DNA of 64,000 nt, from positions 727 through 64,726 of the forward strand of contig JBEIPI010000003.1 of NCBI GenBank assembly GCA_040377165.1, given 5' to 3'. The translations under genes and the position numbers were made by a program. This DNA is from Bacteriovorax sp. (lineage in GTDB: Bacteria; Bdellovibrionota; Bacteriovoracia; Bacteriovoracales; Bacteriovoracaceae). Below the pieces are notes generated by a model. The model was given only the letters and a program-made list of their open reading frames with translations. It was not told the DNA's origin and made no database searches. This document shows, one piece after another, positions 46,212 through 56,200 of the stretch (position 1 is the first letter of the stretch; every line of letters starts with the position of its first letter).

Positions 46212-46701
46212 TATCGTGAGATTTGGCATTATCTTTTTTTCCACCTTTGGTGTTGAATTCAAAATCAAAATTTACTTCACCTTGATGCCTTCCTTTTGAA
46301 TCGAAGGTCTCAATCGCGCAGTGGCGGGTGTCGATTGTGTAGAGGGTTTTAGGATTATTCGGGTCCCGGTAAACCTTATGGTCTTTGGCCCTGTTGAGTT
46401 TTGAGAGGTGTTTGTCCTCTATGAAGCCTCTTTCAAAAAAAAGTTTTTCAATTCTCTGTTTAATGAACCCAACCTTCGTGGTCGTGCCTTCGAGATGCTT
46501 GCTGATATAGGCAAGGGTCTTCTCGTAATCAAAAGTCAGGATGTGGGGGAGGTTGGCCTGGTTGTAGGGCAATTCCAGATCCGCTTTATCCAGACACTTT
46601 TCAAGCTGAGGCGATGAGACTTTTTTAGGTTTTTTCGCTTCTTTGGCCTCGATCTGCCAAGAGAGCAAGAGAAGCAATATTAAAAGGATGATTCTTTTCA
46701 T
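46198..46701 (-). CDS. Secreted protein with a colicin E3-like (Cytotoxic) ribonuclease domain
   Basis: Signal peptide (IEA); YTIDTRHCAIETFDSKGRHQGEVNFD parallels the colicin E3 YEWDSQHGELEGY...GQHLGSFD D/H/E motif. Confidence 0.7.
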   Translation of the reverse strand: MKRIILLILLLLLSWQIEAKEAKKPKKVSSPQLEKCLDKADLELPYNQANLPHILTFDYEKTLAYISKHLEGTTTKVGFIKQRIEKLFFERGFIEDKHLSKLNRAKDHKVYRDPNNPKTLYTIDTRHCAIETFDSKGRHQGEVNFDFEFNTKGGKKDNAKSHDIIVQ

Positions 46702-47876
46702 AAAAAGCAGGCCAACCCGTCCAGTGTGGAGGTCTGGCTTCCTTTATCAGGGGAGCTCAACCTCGCGCTTAGAATTTCAAGATCATTATCATTGATTTCG
46801 TTATTCAGTATTTTTCTGGTCAAGGCGGACATTTTGTCTTTAGTTAATTTCAGACCTTTTTCACCGGCCTCATATAGATTTTTCATTGCTGTGAACACTT
46901 TCCCAAGAAGAGTGGCCTGTTTACTGATTCTCTCGAAAGTCAGTGCCAGTTTTGCTGCACCACCACCGGCAGTTAGATAAACAATAAGAGCATCAATGCC
47001 AAGACCTGTGATAATTGAGCAGGTCATTTCAATCTTTACTTCGGTTGGAAGATTTTTAACCTGGTCAAAAATAGCGATGACTTTTTCTGATGCCTCACCA
47101 TATTTACCTCTAAGCATATCTGCGGCTTCAACAGGATTTGTAATCATTTTTGCAGTGAAGAGGTAAATATCTTTCACCACCATCGCTCCCTTGACCACGC
47201 CGTCGTAAAATTCCCCCATTTTCTTTTTCGGATCAGTGAAAACTTCACCAACAGCTCCACCAAAAGAGCGTAGACCATCCCAGGCCGAGGTCGCAGTTCC
47301 AATTGTGGCATCATAGGCACCACTTTTTATTCCGGAGCCACAACTCATGAGAGACTGAAAGATCATTGAATCAGTTACTTGTTCATAAACAGAAAAATTC
47401 TGCACAGGCAGATCGCGAATGTTGCAGTCAGCGGCCGAAGCCTGGCCAATTAATGAGAAATTCATGTTTGATCTGGTGATAGAGATACTTTTTATTTTAT
47501 CGATAATTGTTTGTGCGCTTTTAGTACTAAAGCCTTTGATAAAAATCGCGTTGGTCTTTCCATTCGCACGGTAGTGATAAACCCTTCCTTCGCCAGTCTC
47601 CTCCCACTGATTCATCACAATGTCGCCGGTTACATTATATTTGAAGGCAAGGAGTCTTGAAAAATCGTGGTTGGCGAAAATCTGATTCACTCCAAAGAGT
47701 TCGATACCACCAGTGCTTGCATTGTTTAAAGGGTACAGCCCTATTTCTACAGCAACACCCTGGAGTTTCTGCAACGATGTCTCACTCATCGGTTTTAGTT
47801 TATAGCTATCGTAAGCGCTTGCATGCACCAGCGAAGAAAATAGGAAAATGTGAATGAAAATTAGCCATTTCGCCAT
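46698..47876 (-). CDS. Secreted protein with a pre-toxin-like amphipathic/hydrophobic helical C-half
   Basis: Signal peptide (VHA); internal second signal-like segment (NFSLIGQASAADC); Gly/Ala-rich helices (GLGIDALIVYLTAGGGAAKLA); 4-nt overlap with the RNase gene. Confidence 0.7.
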   Translation of the reverse strand: MAKWLIFIHIFLFSSLVHASAYDSYKLKPMSETSLQKLQGVAVEIGLYPLNNASTGGIELFGVNQIFANHDFSRLLAFKYNVTGDIVMNQWEETGEGRVYHYRANGKTNAIFIKGFSTKSAQTIIDKIKSISITRSNMNFSLIGQASAADCNIRDLPVQNFSVYEQVTDSMIFQSLMSCGSGIKSGAYDATIGTATSAWDGLRSFGGAVGEVFTDPKKKMGEFYDGVVKGAMVVKDIYLFTAKMITNPVEAADMLRGKYGEASEKVIAIFDQVKNLPTEVKIEMTCSIITGLGIDALIVYLTAGGGAAKLALTFERISKQATLLGKVFTAMKNLYEAGEKGLKLTKDKMSALTRKILNNEINDNDLEILSARLSSPDKGSQTSTLDGLACFL

Positions 47877-47883
47877 ACTTGGA

Positions 47884-47910
47884 CTATCGGTTTCTTGATG
47901 GATATCTTAA
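47884..47910 (-). promoter_or_regulatory. sigma28 promoter, leaderless
   Basis: TTAA-N15-ACCGATAG ending 7 nt before ATG 47876; no SD. Confidence 0.6.
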
Positions 47911-48032
47911 ACTTAACTTTAGCCGTACTCTTGTGTCAGGTATTTAGGAAGGTGCTACTCTTATGAAAATATTGAGAGGTATATTACTCAAATATTGCTT
48001 AAGATAGAGAGGACGAAAACCATAGGAAATAA

Positions 48033-48974
48033 ATGATTGTCTACCTGGGTCTCTTCTTATTCTTGTTTCAATTTAATTCTTCGGCATTCGCCGAGGGGAA
48101 AGGCTGTATTGCTGTGATTCCCGCAGGCACAAAGGCCGATTTCTGGAATATTGTGGCCGAAGGTGCGAGAAAGGCAGGTAGAGAGCTGGGGGTGGAGATT
48201 TATTTCCGCGGCTCTTATGATGAAAAAGATGAGGAGATCCAAAAGCAGATTATCTATAAAGCCCTGGAGCGTGGATGTAAAGGAATGGTGATTGCGCCTA
48301 ATTCACCTTCCCGAACTCAGGATGTGGATTTTTTGAAAAAGAAGGGAGTCTCAACAGTCTATATTGACCGTTCGATGGGGAAAGCAAGTGTACTTTCATT
48401 GATTGAAACAGATAATTATGAGGCCGGAAAAAAGGCCGGTGAAGAGATGATCAAGGCCCTTAAGGGCAGAAAAAAGGTGGCGATCCTGAGATTGAAAAAG
48501 GGAATTACCTCAACAGATGCCAGAGAGAAAGGCTTTTTGGACGTGATTCACAAGGCCGGGCTCAATGTGGTGGTGGATGAATACCTTGGAACAACAATCT
48601 CTGATGCCAGGAAAAATGCGGATAAAATTCTCTCAAATAAAAAGAGCATTTCATACGATGGTATATTCACACCCAATGAAATCACAACACTTGCTCTAAT
48701 TGTCCATTTAAAAACGATGAAAAAAATCAATAGTTCAATCCATATTGGATTTGATTATAACCGCTATATAAAAAATGCGATTGAGGCGGGCACACTTCAT
48801 GGTGTGATGATTCAAAGACCTTTTGAAATGGGTTATCAGGGAGTAAAAATCGTTCATCAGGCGATGAAAGGCACACCTGGAACTTACAAGAGAATTGATA
48901 CAGGCTCTATTTTTATTTCGAAAGAAAATATAAATGACCCGGATATGTTCACGGAAATAAAGTTAAGCGAATGA
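48033..48974 (+). CDS. RbsB-like sugar-binding periplasmic protein (orphan)
   Basis: FWNIVAEGA; VYIDR; TDNYEAG; REKGF; TPNE; IGFD; QRPFEMGY. Confidence 0.9.
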   Translation: MIVYLGLFLFLFQFNSSAFAEGKGCIAVIPAGTKADFWNIVAEGARKAGRELGVEIYFRGSYDEKDEEIQKQIIYKALERGCKGMVIAPNSPSRTQDVDFLKKKGVSTVYIDRSMGKASVLSLIETDNYEAGKKAGEEMIKALKGRKKVAILRLKKGITSTDAREKGFLDVIHKAGLNVVVDEYLGTTISDARKNADKILSNKKSISYDGIFTPNEITTLALIVHLKTMKKINSSIHIGFDYNRYIKNAIEAGTLHGVMIQRPFEMGYQGVKIVHQAMKGTPGTYKRIDTGSIFISKENINDPDMFTEIKLSE

Positions 48975-48982
48975 GTCCTTCG

Positions 48983-49498
48983 TTAAAAATGGGCCGCAGA
49001 GGGATGTTCCGGTGACTCGTCCTGGTCAGCTGAATCCTGCTGATGAAAATCCTCCTTAAGCCTCAAGTATTTTTCTCCCAATTCAAGTCTCCGGTCTTTT
49101 TTCGAGTTCTTCTTGAATTCCGGCAGATGTTCATCCTCTTCCTCGTGAATATGGTGTTCGACTAATTCAGCAAGAACTTTTACCTTGGCACTCCAGACGT
49201 TCATATCATTAGTTTTTCTTATTTCTGCAACAAGCTGCTCGGCCAGGGCATGCTCGACTTCACCCTCAATGCCCTCAATTTTTTGATCACCATATTTTTC
49301 GATCTCAGCGTACCAGGTCAACTCCTCTGGTCTGGTATGGGCCAGAAGAAGTGGGGCAAAATGGCGGAACACCTTTTGCCTTTCTGGAAGAGCTGTCTCG
49401 AGGTTTTTCAATGCCTCAGCATATTCCTTTAGTCTTTTATGATCTTCGAGAATGACGTCGATGATATCATGTTCACTCGTGTTGAATAAATCACTCAT
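48983..49498 (-). CDS. Hemerythrin/HHE domain protein
   Basis: DH, HTRPEE, EGEVEHALA, KVLAELVEHHIHEEE; start corrected using the AGGAGG RBS. Confidence 0.88.
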   Translation of the reverse strand: MSDLFNTSEHDIIDVILEDHKRLKEYAEALKNLETALPERQKVFRHFAPLLLAHTRPEELTWYAEIEKYGDQKIEGIEGEVEHALAEQLVAEIRKTNDMNVWSAKVKVLAELVEHHIHEEEDEHLPEFKKNSKKDRRLELGEKYLRLKEDFHQQDSADQDESPEHPSAAHF

Positions 49499-49545
49499 TC
49501 GCTCCTCCTGATAATTTAGTTTCATCATATCCTCACAAAATAACC

Positions 49546-49561
49546 TGCAAAATAGAAGCCA
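49546..49561 (-). promoter_or_regulatory. sigma54 promoter
   Basis: TGGCTTCTATTTTGCA about 48 bp before the hemerythrin ATG. Confidence 0.7.
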
Positions 49562-49569
49562 CTGGGAGT

Positions 49570-49585
49570 AGGCATAGGATTTGCT
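49570..49585 (+). promoter_or_regulatory. sigma54 promoter, back-to-back with the previous one
   Basis: AGGCATAGGATTTGCT about 48 bp before ATG 49633. Confidence 0.7.
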
Positions 49586-49632
49586 CATATAAAAATGGGC
49601 ATTATGTGATGACCTGTAAAAAGGAGCTAGGT

Positions 49633-49794
49633 ATGAAAGAGAAAAAAAAAGAGCAAAAAAAACAGGAAATGCGGCGAATGGAAAACAAAATACCAACACA
49701 ATCAAAAGCCCCCGGAGAGATCCAGGGCTTCAGCAAACATCTTAAAAAGAACAATGGCCAGGGAAGGGGACAGAGAGTGAAGGCCAATCATTGA
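49633..49794 (+). CDS. Small Lys-rich hydrophilic protein
   Basis: AAGGAG RBS; 53 aa; ends 6 bp before DUF72. Confidence 0.55.
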   Translation: MKEKKKEQKKQEMRRMENKIPTQSKAPGEIQGFSKHLKKNNGQGRGQRVKANH

Positions 49795-49800
49795 GGCGAT

Positions 49801-50514
49801 ATGATTTATATAGGAACAGCTACCTGGAATATTCCGAAAATGGCACAGCCCTTTTTCCCACTTGAAGGGAGTCATCTAGAGCGTTATGCCCAAGGGTTAA
49901 ATGCAGTGGAGATAAACACTTCGTTCTATCGCGATCATCAGCCTAAAACTTATTTAAAATGGTCAGAGATGGCACCTTATGACTTCAGCTTCAGTGTGAA
50001 ACTCAATAGAAGGTTTACCCATGAGTGCAATCTCGAGGTCGATGTTGATGACTTAAAAACTAACCTTATTGGGATCAGCTTGCTTGGAAAAAAATTAAAA
50101 GTCCTCTTAATGCAATTTCCGGCAAGTCAGATTTTTCATCAGGAAAAAATGGAATTATTTTATTCGACGATTAGACAAGTTTATTATGGTGCCATTGCAA
50201 TGGAGGCCAGGAATTTAAGTTGGATGAGTGAAGAGTCTTTAGTGCTGATGAAAAAATTTAATATCTCAAAGGTTAAGGCGGACCCAGAAAAATGCCCGGG
50301 AATCATCGCAGGAGAAATCGATTATTACAGGCTGCATGGATCACCTGAGATTTATAAGAGTAATTACTCTCATGCGTATCTGGATAAATTATTTTTGGAG
50401 ATCGAAAATATTAAAAAAGATGTTTGGTGTATTTTTGATAATACAACTTTTGGGCATGCCACCTTAAATGCAGTTGCATTGACTGACCAGTTCATCCGGC
50501 AACCATTTACTTAA
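49801..50514 (+). CDS. DUF72 (YecE-like) TIM-barrel protein
   Basis: IGTATW; AVEINTSFY; FSVK; QFPAS; EAR; YYRLHG; CIFDN. Confidence 0.92.
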   Translation: MIYIGTATWNIPKMAQPFFPLEGSHLERYAQGLNAVEINTSFYRDHQPKTYLKWSEMAPYDFSFSVKLNRRFTHECNLEVDVDDLKTNLIGISLLGKKLKVLLMQFPASQIFHQEKMELFYSTIRQVYYGAIAMEARNLSWMSEESLVLMKKFNISKVKADPEKCPGIIAGEIDYYRLHGSPEIYKSNYSHAYLDKLFLEIENIKKDVWCIFDNTTFGHATLNAVALTDQFIRQPFT

Positions 50515-50527
50515 AAACTAGGGCCCT

Positions 50528-50824
50528 CTAGAAGTACTTTTCTTCTTGTCGAAATGGGTATTGCTTCAATGGAGAATTGCTATAGAAGACCACAGGCCTT
50601 GCTTCGATGCTTTCAATACAGTTGAGCAAAGCTTCTCTTTCACATGCTTTGTCGATATTAACCAGCAGTGAATTAATTTCTGTTTGTTTCAGGGTTTCAA
50701 TTGTCTCTTTGTAGTTTGAACTCAGGTAAACCTTGAATCCACGCGCGGATAATCTTTCATCAGCAATTCTTAAAAAAGCTGGGTCAGTATCTAACACTAG
50801 AATTTTTGAGTTGAAATGATTCAT
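50528..50824 (-). CDS. Degenerate single receiver-like domain
   Basis: KILVLDTD...GFKV...; the phosphoacceptor position appears to be Asn (LLVNID). Confidence 0.55.
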   Translation of the reverse strand: MNHFNSKILVLDTDPAFLRIADERLSARGFKVYLSSNYKETIETLKQTEINSLLVNIDKACEREALLNCIESIEARPVVFYSNSPLKQYPFRQEEKYF

Positions 50825-50958
50825 ACAATATCCTTGTGGAAAAAGCCTATCCGAACCGTGTAGGGAAGCAAAGCCAGAAAGCATAAGATTACAATAAGAT
50901 TCGGATTTACTAAATTCCAATATCTGTGATAAGGATTATGAATCTCAAGGAGAACACC

Positions 50959-51153
50959 ATGTCATCGACAAAAGATCAGAAAACAACACAAGAAGAAACG
51001 CAACACGAACACACGCCGATTCATATCCATGGGCCGCACTGTAACCATGGGCATGAAGCATTAAAGCCTATCGTTCGTGAGAACCCAAAAATCGGTCGAA
51101 ACGATCCATGCATTTGTGGAAGCCAAAAAAAATACAAAAAGTGCTGCGGCTAG
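50959..51153 (+). CDS. His-rich SEC-C motif protein
   Basis: [11 protein letters not shown] plus [21 protein letters not shown]. Confidence 0.9.
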   Translation: MSSTKDQKTTQEETQHEHTPIHIHGPHCNHGHEALKPIVRENPKIGRNDPCICGSQKKYKKCCG

Positions 51154-51255
51154 TACTTTCTGTATAGAAAAATAGTTGAGTGTCACAAAATCACTTGCTG
51201 AAACGTATGGCTAATTGAATTGCAAAAAAATATCGCTTAAGTTATTATTTAGAAA

Positions 51256-51570
51256 ATGAAAAATTTGATTCTTAAATTCAGCATAGTCATCTCACTTGTT
51301 TTGATGAACATAAATGTTTGTTTTCCAAGTGATATTGATTGCTCTGGAACTGGGAATACGATTTCTAGTTCAGCTGCGGCCCATGCCGATGATTCGGCTC
51401 CGGAAAATCATCACTGTGTTTGCTCTTTAGCGTGCCATACCTTGTTTCTAAACATTACAGTTACAACTTCAGCGGATAGCTGTATCGGTCATTTTGACCA
51501 GCAATATTTCAACCCATCTTCTTTTTATCCTAAAATCTCCTTTTCATTTGATAGACCTCCGATGGTCTAA
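51256..51570 (+). CDS. CzcI/DUF2946-like Cys/His-rich small exported protein
   Basis: N-terminal hydrophobic segment, HHCVCSLACH, C-terminal RPP; first gene before czcCBA. Confidence 0.65.
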   Translation: MKNLILKFSIVISLVLMNINVCFPSDIDCSGTGNTISSSAAAHADDSAPENHHCVCSLACHTLFLNITVTTSADSCIGHFDQQYFNPSSFYPKISFSFDRPPMV

Positions 51571-51618
51571 GACCATTCATCTGTATTTTTATCATTAAAC
51601 TATTTTAAGGACACGTTT

Positions 51619-52815
51619 ATGTGGAAGACACTATTCCTTGCAGGAATGGCGCTTTCACTTGAGGTCGAGGCAAATACTTGCAATATCCAGGATATTGAAG
51701 GCCTTGTTGCGCTTATAAAACAAGCCCCTCAAGAGAAGCACTATAGAGAGACTATTAATAAATTTTTAGAGCTCAAATACGCTCAAGACATACAGAAGAA
51801 ATCGCCGGAGTTTTCTGTCAATGCGAATTTCGAAAAAGCTGATTTTAGCAATAACGATATTGAGGCCGAAGTATTGTTTGATGTTGATCAATACCGGGTT
51901 TCTTCTTTAAGAAATGATACTGGTCAAGCTGATAAAAAATTAAGGCAGGCGCAATACCAAAAAGAGCATTTGAATAGAGTGAATACAGCTGTTCTAGCAC
52001 TCTATAAAATTTCCCAAGGTCAATTCTTGCTTGGAAAAATCAGTGAATTGTCGGCGACTTTAAGCTCTTCAGAATCAGCCTATAAAAATAGACCTATCAG
52101 AAGCCGTGAAGAGGAGATTGTTTTAGGTTCGCTGGGATTGCTAAGAAGCAATTTGCAGCTCAAAGAGTCCGGCCTTAGAAATGAAGTTGCTGAAAACGCA
52201 AGCTACTTAAAGAGATGGAATATTGTAGATTGCCAAATTAGATATGAGTCCTTCGCCAAAATGATCGGCCTTCTTAAGAGGAAGGATGATAAAGAGAAGG
52301 ATTTTGTCCCGTTAAGGTTGATTCAGCTTCAAAGCGATCTTGACCAAAAAATTGTAGAGCTGGAAAAAATCAGGTCGTTTAACAACCTGAAGATCGGGCC
52401 GAATCTTACCCGTGAAAAAGTTGCCAGCGAAATTAATTATCGATTTGGGGTGACTCTCTCTTTTGATTTGCCTTCATTTAGCAGTACCAATACTGATTAT
52501 GTCAATCAGTCCAAAATTTATTCTGCTTTTGAGGCCGACCGCCTTCTTCAGGATGCGGAACTTGAGCGAACTCTTATAAATGAGCGTTTTAAGAAACACT
52601 CAGAATCGCTTTCCAGGATCCCTTCTTTTGAAAAACTGGAAGCGGACATTAAAAGAATTAAGCAGTCATTTGATCGCGGCATAGTATCACCACTGGTTTA
52701 CCTCGATTCTTATCGATCCTATGTAGATTTTTTGGAAGCGGCGGAAGAGGTCAGGCTGGGCACGTTGGAAAGTTATTTAAATTTAAGAGGATTATATGAT
52801 GAAAATAATATTTAG
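51619..52815 (+). CDS. CzcC-like outer-membrane factor
   Basis: Signal peptide; FGVTLSFDLP; SFDRGIVS turn; position upstream of the RND pump. Confidence 0.75.
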   Translation: MWKTLFLAGMALSLEVEANTCNIQDIEGLVALIKQAPQEKHYRETINKFLELKYAQDIQKKSPEFSVNANFEKADFSNNDIEAEVLFDVDQYRVSSLRNDTGQADKKLRQAQYQKEHLNRVNTAVLALYKISQGQFLLGKISELSATLSSSESAYKNRPIRSREEEIVLGSLGLLRSNLQLKESGLRNEVAENASYLKRWNIVDCQIRYESFAKMIGLLKRKDDKEKDFVPLRLIQLQSDLDQKIVELEKIRSFNNLKIGPNLTREKVASEINYRFGVTLSFDLPSFSSTNTDYVNQSKIYSAFEADRLLQDAELERTLINERFKKHSESLSRIPSFEKLEADIKRIKQSFDRGIVSPLVYLDSYRSYVDFLEAAEEVRLGTLESYLNLRGLYDENNI

Positions 52816-53272
52816 CTTTTTTCTTTTATTGTCGTTTACAGCATTTGCTGAGGAGGAGCATCAGGAAAAACATCACGATCATAATGTTAAGGTGGAAGCT
52901 CCTAAAGAAGATCCAGGACATTCTCATGAGCACGAAGAGGAGCACGAGGAAAAATCAAATGAAGATGGATTTAAACTTGGCCCTGCCGGAATGAAAACCT
53001 TTGAGATTAAGTTGTTGAAGGTGACAACCGCGCAAGTGAATATTCAGAAAGCAGCAATCTATAAAGGACTGAATGAAGTCAATTTGTATCGCTTGCGTGA
53101 AGGGCACTTTAAGCGGATTGATTTTAAGACGATTTCAAAGACCCCGGATGGTCTCCTGGTTTCGTCTCCTGATTTAAAAAATGGTGATGAGATTGTCATT
53201 CAAGGTGTTGGATTTCTCAGAATGGCAGAGATCGCCGCGACCGGTGGTCTTTCGGATTTCCACTCACATTAA
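52796..53272 (+). CDS. Short His-rich CzcB-like periplasmic adaptor (158 aa)
   Basis: Signal peptide, His/Glu-rich tract, KTFEIK, LKNGDEIVIQGVGFL (membrane-proximal motif), C-terminal HSH. Confidence 0.7.
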   Translation: MMKIIFSFFLLLSFTAFAEEEHQEKHHDHNVKVEAPKEDPGHSHEHEEEHEEKSNEDGFKLGPAGMKTFEIKLLKVTTAQVNIQKAAIYKGLNEVNLYRLREGHFKRIDFKTISKTPDGLLVSSPDLKNGDEIVIQGVGFLRMAEIAATGGLSDFHSH

Positions 53273-53286
53273 TCAGGACGCTTTAT

Positions 53287-56200
53287 ATGTTAAATAAAAT
53301 TATTCATTTCTCAGTTTTCAATAGATATGTGGTGCTGCTCTTAACATTGATGGTAGCGATTGCAGGGTTTTATGCATTTCAAAGACTGCCGATCGATGCA
53401 GTTCCCGATATCACCAATAACCAGGTGCAAGTTAACACAACCGTGGATGGGCTTGCGCCGGAAGAAATCGAGCGAACTATTACTCGGCCAGTGGAATCGG
53501 CCTTAAGAGGAATTGCGGATGTTGAGCATATTCGGTCAATCACGCGTTTCGGGCTTTCACAGGTAACGATTGTGTTTAAGGATCAAGTTGACATTTACCG
53601 GGCAAGGCAAGTGGTATCGGAGAGATTGCAGGGAGTGCAAGGGAATCTTCCCAAAGGTGCCACTGCTGAAATCGGTCCAATCTCTTCTGGTTTGGGAGAA
53701 ATTTTCCAGTACATTATCGATTTTGAGACTCCATCGGCAAATAGAGAAGATCGGCTAAAGCAGCTAATGGAGTTAAAAGGTATTCAGGAGTGGGTGATTA
53801 AGCCAAGGCTTCTGACTGTTGAAGGCGTCGCTGAAGTCAACACCAGTGGTGGTTACGAGAAGCAGTTTCACATCATGCCGGATATCGAAAAGATGACTTC
53901 TTACAATATTCATTTCAATGATATTACCGCCGCCTTGGAAAAGGTAAACCGCAATGTCGGGGGAGGTAGTGTTCAGCAGACGGCCGAGCAGTTCTTAATT
54001 CAAGGAATCGGTCTTCTGAAGAATGAAAAGGACATTTTAAATGTCCCGGTGAAAAAGCTGGAGTCATTAAAAATCATTCGCATCCGTGACTTTGCCAAAG
54101 TTTCGTTGGGGCGCGAGGTGAGAACGGGAAGTGCCACGCTCAATGGCAAAGAAGCTGTACTCGGAACAGCGATGATGCTTATTGGAGAAAATAGCCGGAC
54201 AGTTGCTCTTCGAGTGGCCGACAAAATCAAAGAAGTTGAAAAAGGACTTCCTCCTGGTGTGAAGCTCACCGTGGTGTATGACCGTTCTGTTCTGGTCAAT
54301 GCAACATTGGGTACGGTTGAACACAACCTTTTAATGGGAGCGACGCTGGTTATTGTTATTCTATTTTTGCTCTTGGGGAACGTCCGCGCCGCAATTATTA
54401 CTGCTATCACGATACCACTAACTTTACTTGCTACTTTTTTAATCATGAAACCATTGGGTCTGTCAGGGAATCTAATGAGTCTTGGCGCTCTGGACTTTGG
54501 TATTATTGTAGATGGGACAGTTATTGTTCTGGATAACTGCGTACGCTACATTCACGATTTGAAACATAAGCTTGGTCGCAATTTAACCAAAGCTGAGGTC
54601 ATGCAGGCCGTTTACGATGCCACAGTTGAAATCAGGCTGGCCGCAGGTTTTGGTGAACTTATTGTTGTCGCTGTCTTCATCCCGGTCTTCGGTCTTACTG
54701 GAGTAGAAGGCAAGATGTTCTTGCCGATGGCAATGACATTTGCCATCGCGGTCTTTTGTGCGCTGGTTTTTTCTTTCACGGCTGCTCCGGCATTGGCATC
54801 AATCATCTTAAAGGGAGATGCTGAAGAAAAAGAGCCGAAGTTTATGGGGTTTTTCAAAAAAGTATATGAACCACTTTTAAACTTCTCCATTCTGAATCCG
54901 GGAAAAATTATTGTGATAGCTGTCTCTAGTGTCGCTATTGGAGTTGGGCTGTTTTTTACCAGAGGGTCTGAATTTCTCCCACAATTAAGCGAGGGCTCTT
55001 TTGCTTTTCACATGATCCGCCCAGTGAATATCAGCCTCGACCAGTCCATTGCCTTCCAGGAAAAAGCCGAAATGGTTTTAAGAACATTTCCTGAGGTGGA
55101 AAATGTTTTCTCGCGGATTGGAACAAGTGAAGTGGCAACAGACCCGATGGGTGTGAATGTTTCAGACACTTATATCATGTTACATGATATCGAAAAATGG
55201 CCAAAAATTGACGGCAATAAACAAACCTATGCTTCTTTGGTTCAGCGAATGATTGCGAAACTCCAGGACGAAGTGCCTGGCCAAAATTACCTGGCCTCAC
55301 AACCAATCCAAATGCGATTTAATGAGCTACTTGAAGGGACCAGGGCCGATGTTGCAGTCAAAATTTTCGGGCCAGATCTTAAATTGTTGATGAACTACGC
55401 TAAAGAAACAAAAGAGATAATTGAGTCAGTTGAAGGTGCAGGAGATGTTGAAGAAGACTTGGCCGGAACCTCGCCAGTACTTCAAGTTACACCGAAAGAT
55501 GAAGTTCTAACTAATCTTGGGGCCTCTTCAGGTGATGTTCTGGACACTGTGGAAATTGCTTTAGGGGGCTATGAGGTTGGCACACTTTACGAGAGCGAGA
55601 GAAAGTCGCCTATCATCGTCAAACTTAGTGAGGAGCAAAGAAGTGACCTGGATGTAATCAGAAAGCTTCCGATCGGTATTTCCGAATCTTTGACTGTTCC
55701 TATGGAAAAAGTGGCCTCAAGCGAATTTGCGGAAACATTCGGAAGCATTACCCGGGAAGAGTCGAATCGCAGGTCTGCGGTACTGGTGAACTTAAGAGGT
55801 AGGGATACTGAGAGTTTTGTAAAAGAGGCCCGGGCCTTAGTAGACGCGAAAGTTAAATTACCGCAGGGATATTTTTTCAAATGGGGCGGAAATTTTGAAA
55901 ACTTAGAACTGGCAAAAAACCGATTATTACTGTTGACTCCGATCGCTTTAGCATTAGTTCTTCTTATGATCTATGCGGCCTTCGGAAATGTGAAAGAGAC
56001 GGCATTGGTGTTCTCATGTGTGCCAATGGCCTTAGTCGGTGGTGTTGTCAGTTTAATTCTTAACGATCTGCCCTTTAGTATTTCAGCAGGAGTGGGGTTC
56101 ATCGCACTTTCGGGAATTGCAGTACTCAATGGAGTTGTTTTAGTGAATTTCTTCAACCAACTCAAAGAGCAGGGAATTGAAGGAATTGAGATCCTAAAAC

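Noticed and set aside
48983-49705. 240-aa version of the hemerythrin ORF, and similar 5' extensions at 23138, 25801, 28887, 44755 and 50920
   Set aside because: Most extensions run through promoter elements; internal ATGs with better RBS or domain boundaries fit better.
51208-51224. TGGCTAATTGAATTGCA as a sigma54 promoter for the czc operon
   Set aside because: GG-to-GC spacing is 11 nt, not the strict 10.
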